Shown here piece by piece: positions 47,446 through 57,363 of a stretch of 64,000 nt of DNA. A program made the translations under genes and the position numbers. The first letter of the stretch is position 1, and every line of letters begins with the position of its first letter. Source of the stretch: Armatimonadota bacterium (GTDB lineage: Bacteria > Armatimonadota > Hebobacteria > CAIYQO01); NCBI GenBank assembly GCA_020060775.1, contig JAGUZN010000220.1:984-64983 (forward strand), in the 5' to 3' direction. Under the pieces are notes generated by a model that searched no databases, was not told where the DNA came from, and saw nothing but the letters and a program-made list of their open reading frames with translations.

Positions 47446-47943
47446 TTATGCGGCTTTGCGGTTGATGCTCTCTTGGGCAAGGCTGGTCAGCAGTTCATCG
47501 GTCTGCGATTCTTGCTGCAGTGTCGTTTGCAGCAAATCGGCGACATCGTTGCGGCCGAGCGTGCGGGCATACGTGCGCAGCGTGCCATAGCTGGAGATCT
47601 CGTAATGTTCGACCTTTTGGGCTGCGGCGATCAGGGCGGCATCAATGGCGGCGGCGTTGCCCTTGGCCTTCAGCACTTTCTCGCCGTCACGCAGGATGCC
47701 CTTCATTCCTTTGCACTCTTCTTCCGTCGGCGTGATGCCGAGCATCGTAAAGACCTGGTGCAGGCGATTGATCTGATCGTGTGTTTGTTTCAGATGCGCC
47801 TCGAACTTGGCTTTCAGGCGCGGTGAGGAGGCGTGATCGATCATCTCCGGCATGACCTTCACGATCTGTTGCTCGGCGTCGAGTATATCATTGAGTTCCG
47901 TGACGAATACATCGTGCAGGGAATCGAGCGATTGGTGGCTCAT
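47446..47943 (-). CDS. Ferritin-like DUF892 (YciE/YciF-type) protein
   Basis: Four-helix pattern 'DVFVTELNDILDAEQQIVKVMPEM...HLKQTHDQINRLHQVFTMLG...KVEHYEISSYGTL' typical of DUF892. Confidence 0.5.
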   Translation of the reverse strand: MSHQSLDSLHDVFVTELNDILDAEQQIVKVMPEMIDHASSPRLKAKFEAHLKQTHDQINRLHQVFTMLGITPTEEECKGMKGILRDGEKVLKAKGNAAAIDAALIAAAQKVEHYEISSYGTLRTYARTLGRNDVADLLQTTLQQESQTDELLTSLAQESINRKAA

Positions 47944-48111
47944 AGCGCATCACTCCTTTGCGTACATGCCATCCCGCAATTTCCCACAATTGGTAGCTGC
48001 GGCGATGTCTGCAGGTTCTGTACCCGGCCCGTCGCGACGTAAATTACGGGAGGTGTGCGCGCCACCTCACAGCCGTCGCCGGCACGCATCGTGTACAGCC
48101 GTGGAGTGATA

Positions 48112-49836
48112 TCAGCGTGACAACACGGCCTGTGTCGGGTTGATCGGTGGACGTACGACCCAATCCGTGTCAGGAACGACGTGAAAGAGCCGATTCAGTT
48201 CGCTGAAACCTTCGAGGCAAGCGGGCGTGGGTGCGCCCCCGTTGGTTTTTAACTCGCTGTCCATCATCGCCCGTATGTAGAGGATGCGCCAGCGCCATGA
48301 GGCGCGCACCGACTCCGACAGTAGGCGATCGATATGCTGCATTGCAGCGAAGGCATCCTCGGCTCCGGGGTCGGGCTGAGGCGCGAGGCCTTGCGAGGGG
48401 AACCAGGGAAGCTTCACACCATCCAATTTTCCCGGCCACCAGCGGAAATGATGATTCTGCTCAAGGGTGTATATAACTGAACGCACATCAGCAACAGCTT
48501 CCGGTGAGAAGTAGTATGCGATGTACTCTCCTAGAATCTCGTCCACGGTGGCGTCCGGGTTCCAGTAGAGTTGCGTCCAGAGCACCTTGTTGATATCTTC
48601 GAAGATGCCTTCCGAATAGGGGAACCCCCCGGCGAGGGCATCACTCACGCGAATCCATTCACGATGAAAACGCTTGGGCTGCGGATTGGCGCCAAAGCCG
48701 CCCCAGGGAAACATGCCCCACATGCTGATTTCGGGGAAGCCCACAACCGGCAACCCGAGGGCTGCCCCTTCATGAACGGGAACCTGCTGCTCATCAGGGA
48801 AGAAATGCTCCATAAGGAGCCCATCCACTAATTCCGGTCGCTCCTGCAGGATACGGGCCACGTCACGCCATTCTGCCTGGTTGAAATACCAGGTCGACAG
48901 GATGACCTTGACTCCGGGCAACTTGCGGCGAGCGAGACTGCTCACGGATTCGACACAGCGCATGAATCCGTTGGAACCCCAGGGACGGCACTGTTCGCAG
49001 CCGCATCCTCCCTGGTCGTACGGCCAAATGCCAATATGGCTCGGTTCGACCTCGCGCGCCCAATCGAATTCATCGCCGAGCACCTGCAGAATGTAGTCCA
49101 TGCCGCTGGGAGTGGATGGGCATACCGCCACATCGTAATAGCCGCCACGTTTCGCGGTGGCGTCAGCACGAAGCTCAAGCGGACTATTCGCATACGCCTC
49201 ATTGCCCACGGCGAGCAACATGGTGTCCAATCCGAGCCGTCTGGCTGCCGCCAGCATCTGCCGGAGGCGCTCGCGAAACGCGACGGCTTCGGGGTGATCG
49301 CTGTGCTCGAAATGGTGCATATCGTACCAGACGGCCAGCGTATTCATCCCCCACAGGGCGAGTTCTTCGATGTAACGAATAACCTCATCGATGGGCGCGG
49401 TCTGATAGAAGTTGTAGTAATGTGTCGCAAAGTAGATGCCCCGCAATTTTTTTACCGGTTTGGAAGCGCCGCGCCAGTCGCCCGGGGTGAAGACGCCGGG
49501 GGCAAAGCGCGATGTGCGAAGAAACTTGCCGATGCCGTACAGCACGCCGCGCGCGTCACCGCCAGCGATGCGAACCGTCTCGCATGGGCCATCCTCGATC
49601 GCATACCCCTCAGCATCCAGTTCGGGTAGGATGGATAACTCAATGGTGCAGCTGTGATTGTCAGCACAGCGCACGACTGTGCCGCAGCGTGCAGCGACCT
49701 GCCGGTGAAGCAGATCGGCAAGCGCCTGCAGCAACGGCGACGCATCTGCCGGGACGATGACCCGGATATCCGGTGCATCGGTTGAATATTCTTGCATACT
49801 CATACCACTCCTTGCGTGTATAGTTGCGATGTCCAC
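48112..49836 (-). CDS. Putative glycoside hydrolase-like TIM-barrel protein with Cys-rich 'CGCEQC' motif (function uncertain)
   Basis: 574-aa ORF; 'GMNTLAVWYDMHHFE', 'LLAVGNEAYANS', 'IWPYDQGGCGCEQCRPWG'; family not assignable by eye. Confidence 0.3.
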   Translation of the reverse strand: MDIATIHARSGMSMQEYSTDAPDIRVIVPADASPLLQALADLLHRQVAARCGTVVRCADNHSCTIELSILPELDAEGYAIEDGPCETVRIAGGDARGVLYGIGKFLRTSRFAPGVFTPGDWRGASKPVKKLRGIYFATHYYNFYQTAPIDEVIRYIEELALWGMNTLAVWYDMHHFEHSDHPEAVAFRERLRQMLAAARRLGLDTMLLAVGNEAYANSPLELRADATAKRGGYYDVAVCPSTPSGMDYILQVLGDEFDWAREVEPSHIGIWPYDQGGCGCEQCRPWGSNGFMRCVESVSSLARRKLPGVKVILSTWYFNQAEWRDVARILQERPELVDGLLMEHFFPDEQQVPVHEGAALGLPVVGFPEISMWGMFPWGGFGANPQPKRFHREWIRVSDALAGGFPYSEGIFEDINKVLWTQLYWNPDATVDEILGEYIAYYFSPEAVADVRSVIYTLEQNHHFRWWPGKLDGVKLPWFPSQGLAPQPDPGAEDAFAAMQHIDRLLSESVRASWRWRILYIRAMMDSELKTNGGAPTPACLEGFSELNRLFHVVPDTDWVVRPPINPTQAVLSR

Positions 49837-50894
49837 TTCACGCAGTGATCCAGTAACTGTTCGCCCTCATCGCGGCTGGCGCACCAGACCTGCAGCATCA
49901 GCAATGCTGGATCCAGCGAACGCACCAGTGGCTCGACATTGGACAGCGGCACATCGATGTGGACAATTTTCCCCGCGGCCTGAATGTGCTGATACATCTC
50001 CAGGTGCGCTGGCCCATTCGGCGGTTCGCTCGGCGTGGGTATGTACTGGATCACCCTGAGATACGGCAACGACAACAGGCGGGGCAAGTGTTGCCGGGCA
50101 TCGCCGCCATCCAGGTGATACCACAATGCTGAAAACGCCTCGGCATACACCTCGAGTTCCGGTAACACAAACTGGTCGAACTGCTCTGGGGAGAGCATGC
50201 AGGAGACATCCGATTGCGTGACTTTGAATGGTTCGGGCGCCCAAAAACGCATCCATCCAGCATTGCCGTACCAGTAGTGGTGTCCTGCTTCGCGCATGAA
50301 CGCCTGCAACTCATGCTGCACTTGCGCTTGGTCCCGTGCTCCGGTAACCACGGCCTCAGCCATCCACTCGGGATGATCCATCAACCCGAGCATGAAGGCT
50401 TCTGTGCCCATATGCATCGACAACAAGTCGCTGGCAGGCAGCCCGACGGGTTGGCCGAGAAGAAAATTATCTTCGGCGGCCATGGCGCACAGCGCCCGCA
50501 ACAGCGTGCGGTATCGGTGCATCCAGGGGCTGTCCGGGTCGTGCCGAAACGGTGATGGCCGAGAGAAGTCGACCTCCTGCGTGGCAAACCAGATCGTATC
50601 CGGCGCGAATTGCGGCGTGCCGCCCAGGCAGGCCATCCAATTCGCCATCGTCAAACAGGACGGCGCGGCCTCGCCCCCCCACCAGGTCGTCTCCAATTTG
50701 TGGCGAAAGGCGGGGAGCAGGTACTCAGGATCAAGCCAGCGCGCTTCATCATCGGCCGGCTCAGGCACAGCCAATGGACGCATTGTCGGCTGTGGAGCCA
50801 TGACCGCCATGCATGGGCGGTCCAGCCGCTCGCCGTGCCAGAGGGCGGTCAACCGATACTGTGCCTCCGGCCAATCTGCTTTGTACTGCATCAC
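49800..50894 (-). CDS. Hypothetical protein (possibly uroporphyrinogen-decarboxylase-fold)
   Basis: 364-aa ORF, no firm motif. Confidence 0.25.
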   Translation of the reverse strand: MMQYKADWPEAQYRLTALWHGERLDRPCMAVMAPQPTMRPLAVPEPADDEARWLDPEYLLPAFRHKLETTWWGGEAAPSCLTMANWMACLGGTPQFAPDTIWFATQEVDFSRPSPFRHDPDSPWMHRYRTLLRALCAMAAEDNFLLGQPVGLPASDLLSMHMGTEAFMLGLMDHPEWMAEAVVTGARDQAQVQHELQAFMREAGHHYWYGNAGWMRFWAPEPFKVTQSDVSCMLSPEQFDQFVLPELEVYAEAFSALWYHLDGGDARQHLPRLLSLPYLRVIQYIPTPSEPPNGPAHLEMYQHIQAAGKIVHIDVPLSNVEPLVRSLDPALLMLQVWCASRDEGEQLLDHCVKWTSQLYTQGVV

Positions 50895-51096
50895 ATACCC
50901 TTTATCACAGCGGTAACTGTGAAGTGAGAATCACATTGCTACGTTGGTGAAATTCATCGCCGGCAACCTTGTGAAAATATCGCTACTCGTTTTACAGCAT
51001 GGAAATGAGTACGATGGGTGTGCGGCTATTGATCTCTACAGCCGAACAGGCGATAATCACGAACATCGTTCCCCCGGGCCTGGAAGGAGACCGCAG

Positions 51097-52389
51097 ATGG
51101 CCAACCTCCATATTCGTAATGTCACCGCCGTCATCATGGACGAGCACCATACCATCCTGGAACAGGCCGCCATCGTCACGGATGGGGCGCATATACATTT
51201 TGTCGGTCCACTGGCGCAAGCTCCCGACCCCGCTGCGGATGATGCCGTTATCGATGCCGATGGCATGGTGGCCATCCCCGGGCTGATCAATGCCCATACG
51301 CACCTGGCGATGACGCTCTTCCGGGGGGCGGCTGACGACCTCCCGCTGATGACCTGGCTGCAGGAGAAGATCTGGCCGGTCGAGGCGCATATCACCCGTG
51401 ACGATGTCTACTGGGCCTCGCTGCTGGGCATTGCCGAGATGCTGCGCGCCGGCGTCACCACCTTCAACGACATGTATTGGCATGTCGAAGCGGTGGCCGA
51501 TGCCGTGCGCGAAAGCGGCATCCGCGCCGGCCTGTCGGCCGTGGTCATCGGCGTGGTGCCGCACGCTGAGGCATTGCTGCACGAGGCCGAGGCGCGCGTG
51601 CAAGCGTTTATTGCTGAAGGCCATCCGCGCATCGTGCCCTTCTTTGGCCCGCATGCGCCCTATACGGTGCCGGAAGCGATGATGCGCAAGATTGTTGCGT
51701 TGGCGCACACGTACGGCGTGCGTATGCACACCCACCTGTCGGAAACTGCCGGAGAAGTGGAGTCGAGCCGGAATCTGAGCGGGATGACCCCCATTGCGCT
51801 CATGGACGCCTATGAACTGTTTACCAGGCCAACCACCGTGGCGCATGGCGTGCATGCCACCGACCACGACATTGCCGTGCTGGCGCATCGCGGCGTTGGG
51901 GTGGCGCACTGCCCCAGCAGCAACATGAAGCTCGGCTCGGGCATTGCTCCGGTGCCGGACATGTTGCGGGCCGGCATTGCCGTTGGCCTGGGCACCGACG
52001 GCGCCGGCAGCAATAACACCCTCGATGTGCTGCGCGAGGTGCGGCAGGCGGCGTTGCTGCACAAGGTTGGGGGTGATGCCACCGCCGTGCGTGCAGCAAC
52101 CGCGTTGGCCATGGCCACGCGGCAAGGTGCCGCCGCCATGCACCTGGAGCACCTTGGCATGCTGGCGCCCGGCTACCTCGCTGATATCGCCCTGCTCGAT
52201 TTCCAACAACCGCACCTCACGCCCGGCGGTCGCGTGGTGTCGCATCTGGCCTATGCCGCATACGCCGGCGATGTTGATACCGTGATTGTGCATGGGAAGG
52301 TGTTGATGCGTGGGCGGCAATTCGCTACGCTGGATATAGAGCGTATCCGGGCGCGCGTGCGCGAGAGTGCCGATCGATTGTTTTCGTGA
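51097..52389 (+). CDS. mtaD: Amidohydrolase of the ATZ/TRZ family, 5-methylthioadenosine/S-adenosylhomocysteine deaminase-like
   Basis: 'AIPGLINAHTHLAMTLFRGAADDLPLMTWLQEKIWPVEA' and 'HTHLSET', 'GLGTDGAGSNN'; ATG preceded by GGAAGGAGA. Confidence 0.65.
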   Translation: MANLHIRNVTAVIMDEHHTILEQAAIVTDGAHIHFVGPLAQAPDPAADDAVIDADGMVAIPGLINAHTHLAMTLFRGAADDLPLMTWLQEKIWPVEAHITRDDVYWASLLGIAEMLRAGVTTFNDMYWHVEAVADAVRESGIRAGLSAVVIGVVPHAEALLHEAEARVQAFIAEGHPRIVPFFGPHAPYTVPEAMMRKIVALAHTYGVRMHTHLSETAGEVESSRNLSGMTPIALMDAYELFTRPTTVAHGVHATDHDIAVLAHRGVGVAHCPSSNMKLGSGIAPVPDMLRAGIAVGLGTDGAGSNNTLDVLREVRQAALLHKVGGDATAVRAATALAMATRQGAAAMHLEHLGMLAPGYLADIALLDFQQPHLTPGGRVVSHLAYAAYAGDVDTVIVHGKVLMRGRQFATLDIERIRARVRESADRLFS

Positions 52390-52441
52390 GAGGTACAGCC
52401 AACACCGTGCTGCGCGCTGCGGACGGAAAGGAACCCCTGTC

Positions 52442-53278
52442 ATGAAGCTGGCCTTCAGCACCTTGGGTTGTCCAGCGTGGACGCTGGCGCAAGTCATCGA
52501 GGCGGCGCAGCGCGATGGCTACGACGGTGTCGAGTTTCGCGGGCTGCGGGAGACGATTGAACTCACCGAAGCTCCCGACTTTTCCCCTGCCCACATCGCT
52601 GATACGCGCGCTCGCCTGGCGGATGCCGGCGTGGCGGTGGCGTGTGTGTCCACCGGACTGCGCGTGGTGTCGGCGACGACCACGCGCATCGACCGCCATA
52701 CCCTGGTCGAGCATGCCCGCCGTTATGTCGACCTGGCGAAAGAGGTCAACGCGCCCTACATTCGCCTGTTTTGCGGCGAGGTGCCGGAGCATCACCCGCG
52801 CGCCATCGCCCTGGAACAGGCCGTGGATGCTCTGCAGCAGATCGGTGACTTTGCGCAGGGGCGTGAGGTCATCGCCCTGTTGGAGACGCACGACGCCTTT
52901 GTGAGCAGCGGCGAGCTCATGGACCTGCTTCGCCTCACCCATCATCCTGCGGTGCAGGTCCTCTGGGATATCCATCATCCCTACCGCCTGGCCGGTGAGA
53001 CGATTGCCCAGACCATGCGCAACCTGCACGGTCATATCCGCAGCACCCATGTGAAAGACTCGGTGTTGCATGAGGATGGGGAACAGTACACCTTTGTGCC
53101 GGTAGGGCAGGGGGATGTGCCGATCCCCGCGGCCCTGCGCGTGCTGCACGACACCGGATACGACGGTTACCTCACCTTCGAGTGGGAACAGCGCTGGCAC
53201 CCCCACCTCGCCGCGCCCGAGATCGTCTTCCCGCAGTATGTCCGGCAGATGCGCGCCTGGCTCGCGGAACTGCAGTAG
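52442..53278 (+). CDS. Sugar phosphate isomerase/epimerase (xylose isomerase-like TIM barrel)
   Basis: 'MKLAFSTLGCPAWTLAQVIEAAQRDGYDGVEFRG' typical N-terminus of this family. Confidence 0.6.
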   Translation: MKLAFSTLGCPAWTLAQVIEAAQRDGYDGVEFRGLRETIELTEAPDFSPAHIADTRARLADAGVAVACVSTGLRVVSATTTRIDRHTLVEHARRYVDLAKEVNAPYIRLFCGEVPEHHPRAIALEQAVDALQQIGDFAQGREVIALLETHDAFVSSGELMDLLRLTHHPAVQVLWDIHHPYRLAGETIAQTMRNLHGHIRSTHVKDSVLHEDGEQYTFVPVGQGDVPIPAALRVLHDTGYDGYLTFEWEQRWHPHLAAPEIVFPQYVRQMRAWLAELQ

Positions 53279-53410
53279 ACCGGATGATGGCACACGCCAG
53301 GCCCCGCGCTTTCCGCATCTCGGTGGGGCGGGGCCTGGCGGTTGCAGTCATCCGCCCCCAACTCCCCCTGCCTGCGGAATTTGCACAGCTTAACCGCCAT
53401 CCCCGCCGTT

Positions 53411-53480
53411 CTCAAGAAAAGTGTCGTAAAGCTGCACATATTCCCTTGACAAGAGGTGCAACACTGGAGGCGATCACTGT
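53411..53480 (+). promoter_or_regulatory. Conserved upstream region (TCAAGAAA..TGCACATAT..CCTTGACA-N17-GGCGATCA) duplicated in front of paralog A; second copy at 54797-54868 in front of paralog B
   Basis: Direct comparison of the two upstream regions: a shared TTGACA -35-like box, conserved downstream block, and identical RBS context AAGGAGGATCTCCC(T)ATG. Confidence 0.35.
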
Positions 53481-53595
53481 CCACGCTGTCGTTTCGCCGG
53501 TCATGTACCTGGTCGCGCGGGGATCGGTTACACACAGCGTGCGCTCGGTGAACATACGAGAACACTGTCACAGGGAACAAAAGGAGGATCTCCCT

Positions 53596-54630
53596 ATGCT
53601 TAGGATGATGGCCGTTCTCGCGGTGGGGGGCGCGATGCTCATCAGCAGCCTCGCGTACGCTGCCCCGAGGGAGCTTTCGAGTGGTGACCTGGACACCGTC
53701 GCGGCTGGTGCGTACATCGACCAGTTCATTCCGACGATGCCGAATTCCGTGAATACCAATGCCGAATTCGCCTATGGCGACATTGCCGAAGCCGTGGGCG
53801 GCGCGGCGATCGTGGGTGATGCCAACGAAGTGACGTTGGCCGGCGCGACATGCGATGGCATTGCCGTGATTGGTAATGACAACATTACCGCTGACAACTC
53901 CAATGTGGTGGACGACGGCGCCGAGGTGGCGATCGCCGGCAATCACAACTCTGCCCTGCGCATCGATCAGGAAGATGCCGTGGCTGCGCTGGTGATTGGC
54001 CCCAATGCCACGTTCGATATCACCTTCAACGATGTTGAAGGCCTGATCGACGACGGTTCCGCCGTCGTCATCGGCGACAATAACCTGGTGGACGTGTACA
54101 TGGATGACACGGACGTCTATGGCACCATTGGCGGTAATTTCAGCCTTGTCGATACGAATACGGCAACTGCGACGATTGCGCAAACCAATACCGCCAACGC
54201 GAGTGGCGAAAGCAGTGCCGATATCACGCAGGCCAACATCGCCAACATCACCATCAACCAGAATGGCGATAACGACGATGCCTATGGCGTCATTGCGAAG
54301 GAAGCCAAGGTCGATCACGCCTTCAACGTGGATGAGCTCTACGTTGACGTGTCAGCGGATATCTGTGGTTCCTTCAACAAGGAAGACACCGCGATTAGCA
54401 TCTGCGGGCAGAATGGCGTATCCACCAATGTGAACGGCAATGCGGCCGGCCTGCAGGAAATCGGCTCATTGCTCAACACCACGAACGCCGCTGCCTCCGG
54501 CACCGGCGCGTTGGCCGATAACGGCTCGAGCATCTCGGCTGATGCCTTTGCGGACACCGCCGCCACCCAGATCGTGTTGAACGGCGTGTGCGTGGGGATC
54601 GGCATCTTCGTCGATGGTGGTGCTCGATAG
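53596..54630 (+). CDS. Secreted Asp/Asn/Gly/Thr-rich protein, paralog A, with double-glycine-leader-like motif (LSSGDLDTVAAG) after an N-terminal hydrophobic segment
   Basis: N-terminus 'MLRMMAVLAVGGAMLISSLAYAAPRELSSGDLDTVAAG'; shares blocks 'AVIGNDN', 'VAIAG', 'YGVIAKEA', 'NGVCVGIGIFVDGG' with paralog B. Confidence 0.55.
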   Translation: MLRMMAVLAVGGAMLISSLAYAAPRELSSGDLDTVAAGAYIDQFIPTMPNSVNTNAEFAYGDIAEAVGGAAIVGDANEVTLAGATCDGIAVIGNDNITADNSNVVDDGAEVAIAGNHNSALRIDQEDAVAALVIGPNATFDITFNDVEGLIDDGSAVVIGDNNLVDVYMDDTDVYGTIGGNFSLVDTNTATATIAQTNTANASGESSADITQANIANITINQNGDNDDAYGVIAKEAKVDHAFNVDELYVDVSADICGSFNKEDTAISICGQNGVSTNVNGNAAGLQEIGSLLNTTNAAASGTGALADNGSSISADAFADTAATQIVLNGVCVGIGIFVDGGAR

Positions 54631-54969
54631 ACCATCGCGGCTGATAACAGGTGAAACCAGGTGTGCGCACCCCGGGCATGCAATGGCTCGGGGTGCGTTG
54701 CTTAGTGTTGATACCCTGCGGAGCCCCGGAAGAGGGAGTGGATGAGAAAGTTGACAGATGCTCGGTTTTGCACAGGTTCTCCACCAGACGGCTTGTTCGT
54801 CAAGAAAGTGACGCCACTCCTGCACATATCTCCTTGACAATCGGTGTGATACTGAGGGCGATCATCGTACCGCCAACCCGCATGGCTGGTCGGGGTACTT
54901 CCCGCGCGACGACCCAGACAGGGACGCCGGAACGGTGAGACTATCACTGGGAAGTAAGGAGGATCTCCC

Positions 54970-55857
54970 ATGAAGACGAATGTGGGCGCGTTGCTGGTGG
55001 CAGGGCTTTTCCTCTGCAGCAGCATCGCAATCGCCGCACCGAAAGCACTTTCGAGTGCCGAGCTGGATGGCGTGGCGGCCGGGTTTGGTAACTGGGCCCC
55101 CCCGTCGACGAACAATACCCCGCAAAACATCCCCTTTATGGTGACCGAGGATGTCGCGGTGGCTGAACTCGGTGGACTGGCGATTGACGGTAACGAGAAC
55201 GAATACAAAGAGGCCTTTGCATCTGAAGATGCTATTGCCGTGATCGGCAATGACAACGAGACGATCGATGGCAGCAATTTCGTTGATGGTGATGGTGACT
55301 GCGAGATTGCCATCGCCGGCGAGATGAACGAAGCCATCTCGATCGAGCAGGATGCCGACTTCGCGCTGGTGGCCGGTGAGAACCTGTCGCTGAACGCGAC
55401 CTATAACGAAATCGGCAGTGTGGACGAGTCGGCGGTCGTGCTCGGCACCAACAATCACGTGACGGTGACGCAGGACGACACCTATATCGATGGTTTCATC
55501 GGCAACGGTGGCTACGGTGTGATTGCCAAGGAAGCCTGTGTCGTAGATTCCTTCAACACCAGCATCGTCGAGACCTATGTCACGGTGACCATTGAAGATT
55601 CGTTCAACTGCATTTCCAACACCCTGGACATCTCCGGCCAGAACAACATGACCGCGCTGGTGAATGCCAATACGTTGGGCGATCAGTACATCGGCGTGGC
55701 CGTGAACGTGACTAACGCGGCTGCGACCTCGAGTGCGCCTGGTCCGTCGGCGCCGGTGGTGGCGACCGCGCAAACGGCGGTTACCCAGGTTGTGGTCAAC
55801 GGCTCCTGCTTCTTCGGCATCGGAGTCATTGATCTCTTCCCTGGTAATGGCGGTTAA
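54970..55857 (+). CDS. Secreted paralog B with the same leader-like motif (LSSAELDGVAAG)
   Basis: N-terminus 'MKTNVGALLVAGLFLCSSIAIAAPKALSSAELDGVAAG'; conserved blocks shared with paralog A; C-terminus 'VVVNGSCFFGIGVIDLFPGNGG'. Confidence 0.55.
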   Translation: MKTNVGALLVAGLFLCSSIAIAAPKALSSAELDGVAAGFGNWAPPSTNNTPQNIPFMVTEDVAVAELGGLAIDGNENEYKEAFASEDAIAVIGNDNETIDGSNFVDGDGDCEIAIAGEMNEAISIEQDADFALVAGENLSLNATYNEIGSVDESAVVLGTNNHVTVTQDDTYIDGFIGNGGYGVIAKEACVVDSFNTSIVETYVTVTIEDSFNCISNTLDISGQNNMTALVNANTLGDQYIGVAVNVTNAAATSSAPGPSAPVVATAQTAVTQVVVNGSCFFGIGVIDLFPGNGG

Positions 55858-55950
55858 GTCGCCGCAGTCGGTTCGAACGCAAGGCGGAAGGCTTTGTCGT
55901 TCGTCTGCACGGGGGCCGGGCTCACCCGGCCCCCACCGAGATAGGAGGGA

Positions 55951-56484
55951 GTGATGACCACGAAGATTCTGCGATGGATGCTGCTCGGTGTCCTGAGCAT
56001 CCTGTGCATCAGCATCGTGGCTGCGGCGACTCCCCGCCCGTTGGCCGACCACCAGTTGGATGACGTGTACGCTGCGGGGTTCGATGTACAGGTCGATTTT
56101 AACATGGATGTTGCGGCGGAACGGCCGGAATCGGTCATTTTGCTATCCGGCGATCAACAAGCGTTGGAGTCGCTCGCCGGTCAGGGGATCACCCTGACGC
56201 GCACCATGGGCGGCGGGCGCAACACCGCCGGGCTCGACCCGAACGGCACCTATGTGCCGAATTTGCAAAACCTGACCAATAACACGATCAATCTCTCTGG
56301 AAACGCGTTGCAGAACGCGACGAGCCTGCTCAACATTTTTGCGTTGGAAGGCGATGTCGCGGTCGGTCTGAACCTGAACGTGGTGGTAAACCCGGTGAAC
56401 AGTCCGGTGAATGTGTCACAAATGAACCTAAACTGGGGCACACTCAATCTTTCGAATGCGTTGCCGACATTCGCTTCCCCGTGA
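55951..56484 (+). CDS. Secreted paralog C (shorter, Asn/Leu-rich) with related leader-like motif (LADHQLDDVYAAG)
   Basis: N-terminus 'MMTTKILRWMLLGVLSILCISIVAAATPRPLADHQLDDVYAAG'. Confidence 0.45.
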   Translation: MMTTKILRWMLLGVLSILCISIVAAATPRPLADHQLDDVYAAGFDVQVDFNMDVAAERPESVILLSGDQQALESLAGQGITLTRTMGGGRNTAGLDPNGTYVPNLQNLTNNTINLSGNALQNATSLLNIFALEGDVAVGLNLNVVVNPVNSPVNVSQMNLNWGTLNLSNALPTFASP

Positions 56485-56524
56485 AACGAGTAGACTAGAG
56501 GAGAAGCGTAACCCCGGAGGACGT

Positions 56525-57247
56525 ATGCGAAAGTTGAACCATCTGGTCACGATGACCGTGTTGGTATGGTGGGTTCTACTGCGAACCTCACCCGCGCTCG
56601 CGGGTGAGGTTCGCGTCCCCACCTCATCGTTTGGCGCCGGCATTTCGGTGAGCGTTGAGGTGAAGAGCATCAAAGAGATGCGCGAGGACGAGATGGTGCT
56701 GCAGCGGCTGGACTACAGTTGCGGGTCAGCCGCCCTCTCCACGATGTTCACGTCCTACCTGCACCAGGCCTACACGGAGGAGGAGATCATCGACTTTCTC
56801 CTGCAGAGCGGCAATATGCAAAAGTTTCTGGCGCGCAAAGGGTTTTCCATGCTTGACCTGAAACGCTTTGCGGAAGCGCATGGGGTCAAGGCGATCGGCT
56901 ATGAACTGGACCTGGAGAGCCTGGCAGAACTGAACCAGCCGGTGCTCATCCCGCTCTTCCGCAAAGCACAGGATATGCGTCACTTTGTGATCTTCCGTGG
57001 CATGCATGATGGCCGTGTCTTCCTGGCAGACCCGGCGGTGGGGCGTACGGTTATTCCCGTTGCGCAGTTTGAAGAGGAATGGACGCCGCGCGTCGGCATG
57101 GTCTTCCAGCGCCCGGGCTGGCCGACATGCGACGTGCATGCGCTGGCGGTTGAGGATCGCGATCGCATTTATCTGGATACCGAGCAAGTACGCGCCTTGA
57201 TTACCAATACCGTGGCGGACGTCTTCCACCAGGCGAATGAGTTTTAA
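56525..57247 (+). CDS. Secreted papain-like C39-family (double-glycine leader) peptidase domain protein, standalone
   Basis: Signal peptide; 'LQRLDYSCGSAALSTMF' catalytic-Cys context of C39/C39-like peptidases; downstream His-containing region 'MRHFVIFRGMHDGRVFLADP'. Confidence 0.55.
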   Translation: MRKLNHLVTMTVLVWWVLLRTSPALAGEVRVPTSSFGAGISVSVEVKSIKEMREDEMVLQRLDYSCGSAALSTMFTSYLHQAYTEEEIIDFLLQSGNMQKFLARKGFSMLDLKRFAEAHGVKAIGYELDLESLAELNQPVLIPLFRKAQDMRHFVIFRGMHDGRVFLADPAVGRTVIPVAQFEEEWTPRVGMVFQRPGWPTCDVHALAVEDRDRIYLDTEQVRALITNTVADVFHQANEF

Positions 57248-57363
57248 ATTTACCGTGTGAACCGTCAACATATACCGATGGCATCCCACTGTGATGGGAT
57301 CGGCAGTCGAGAGAAAACGATCGAAGAGTGATTAAAAACACGAGCTGAGAGGAGAAGATATCC

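Noticed and set aside
47104-47826. 240-aa plus-strand ORF
   Set aside because: It overlaps two well-supported minus-strand genes (NifX-like and DUF892) and has a low-complexity Gly/Arg-rich translation.
50992-52497. 501-aa minus-strand ORF antisense to the mtaD-like amidohydrolase
   Set aside because: The plus-strand frame carries unmistakable amidohydrolase metal-binding motifs (HTH, HTHLSET, GTDG). The antisense frame is His/Gly/Arg-rich low complexity.
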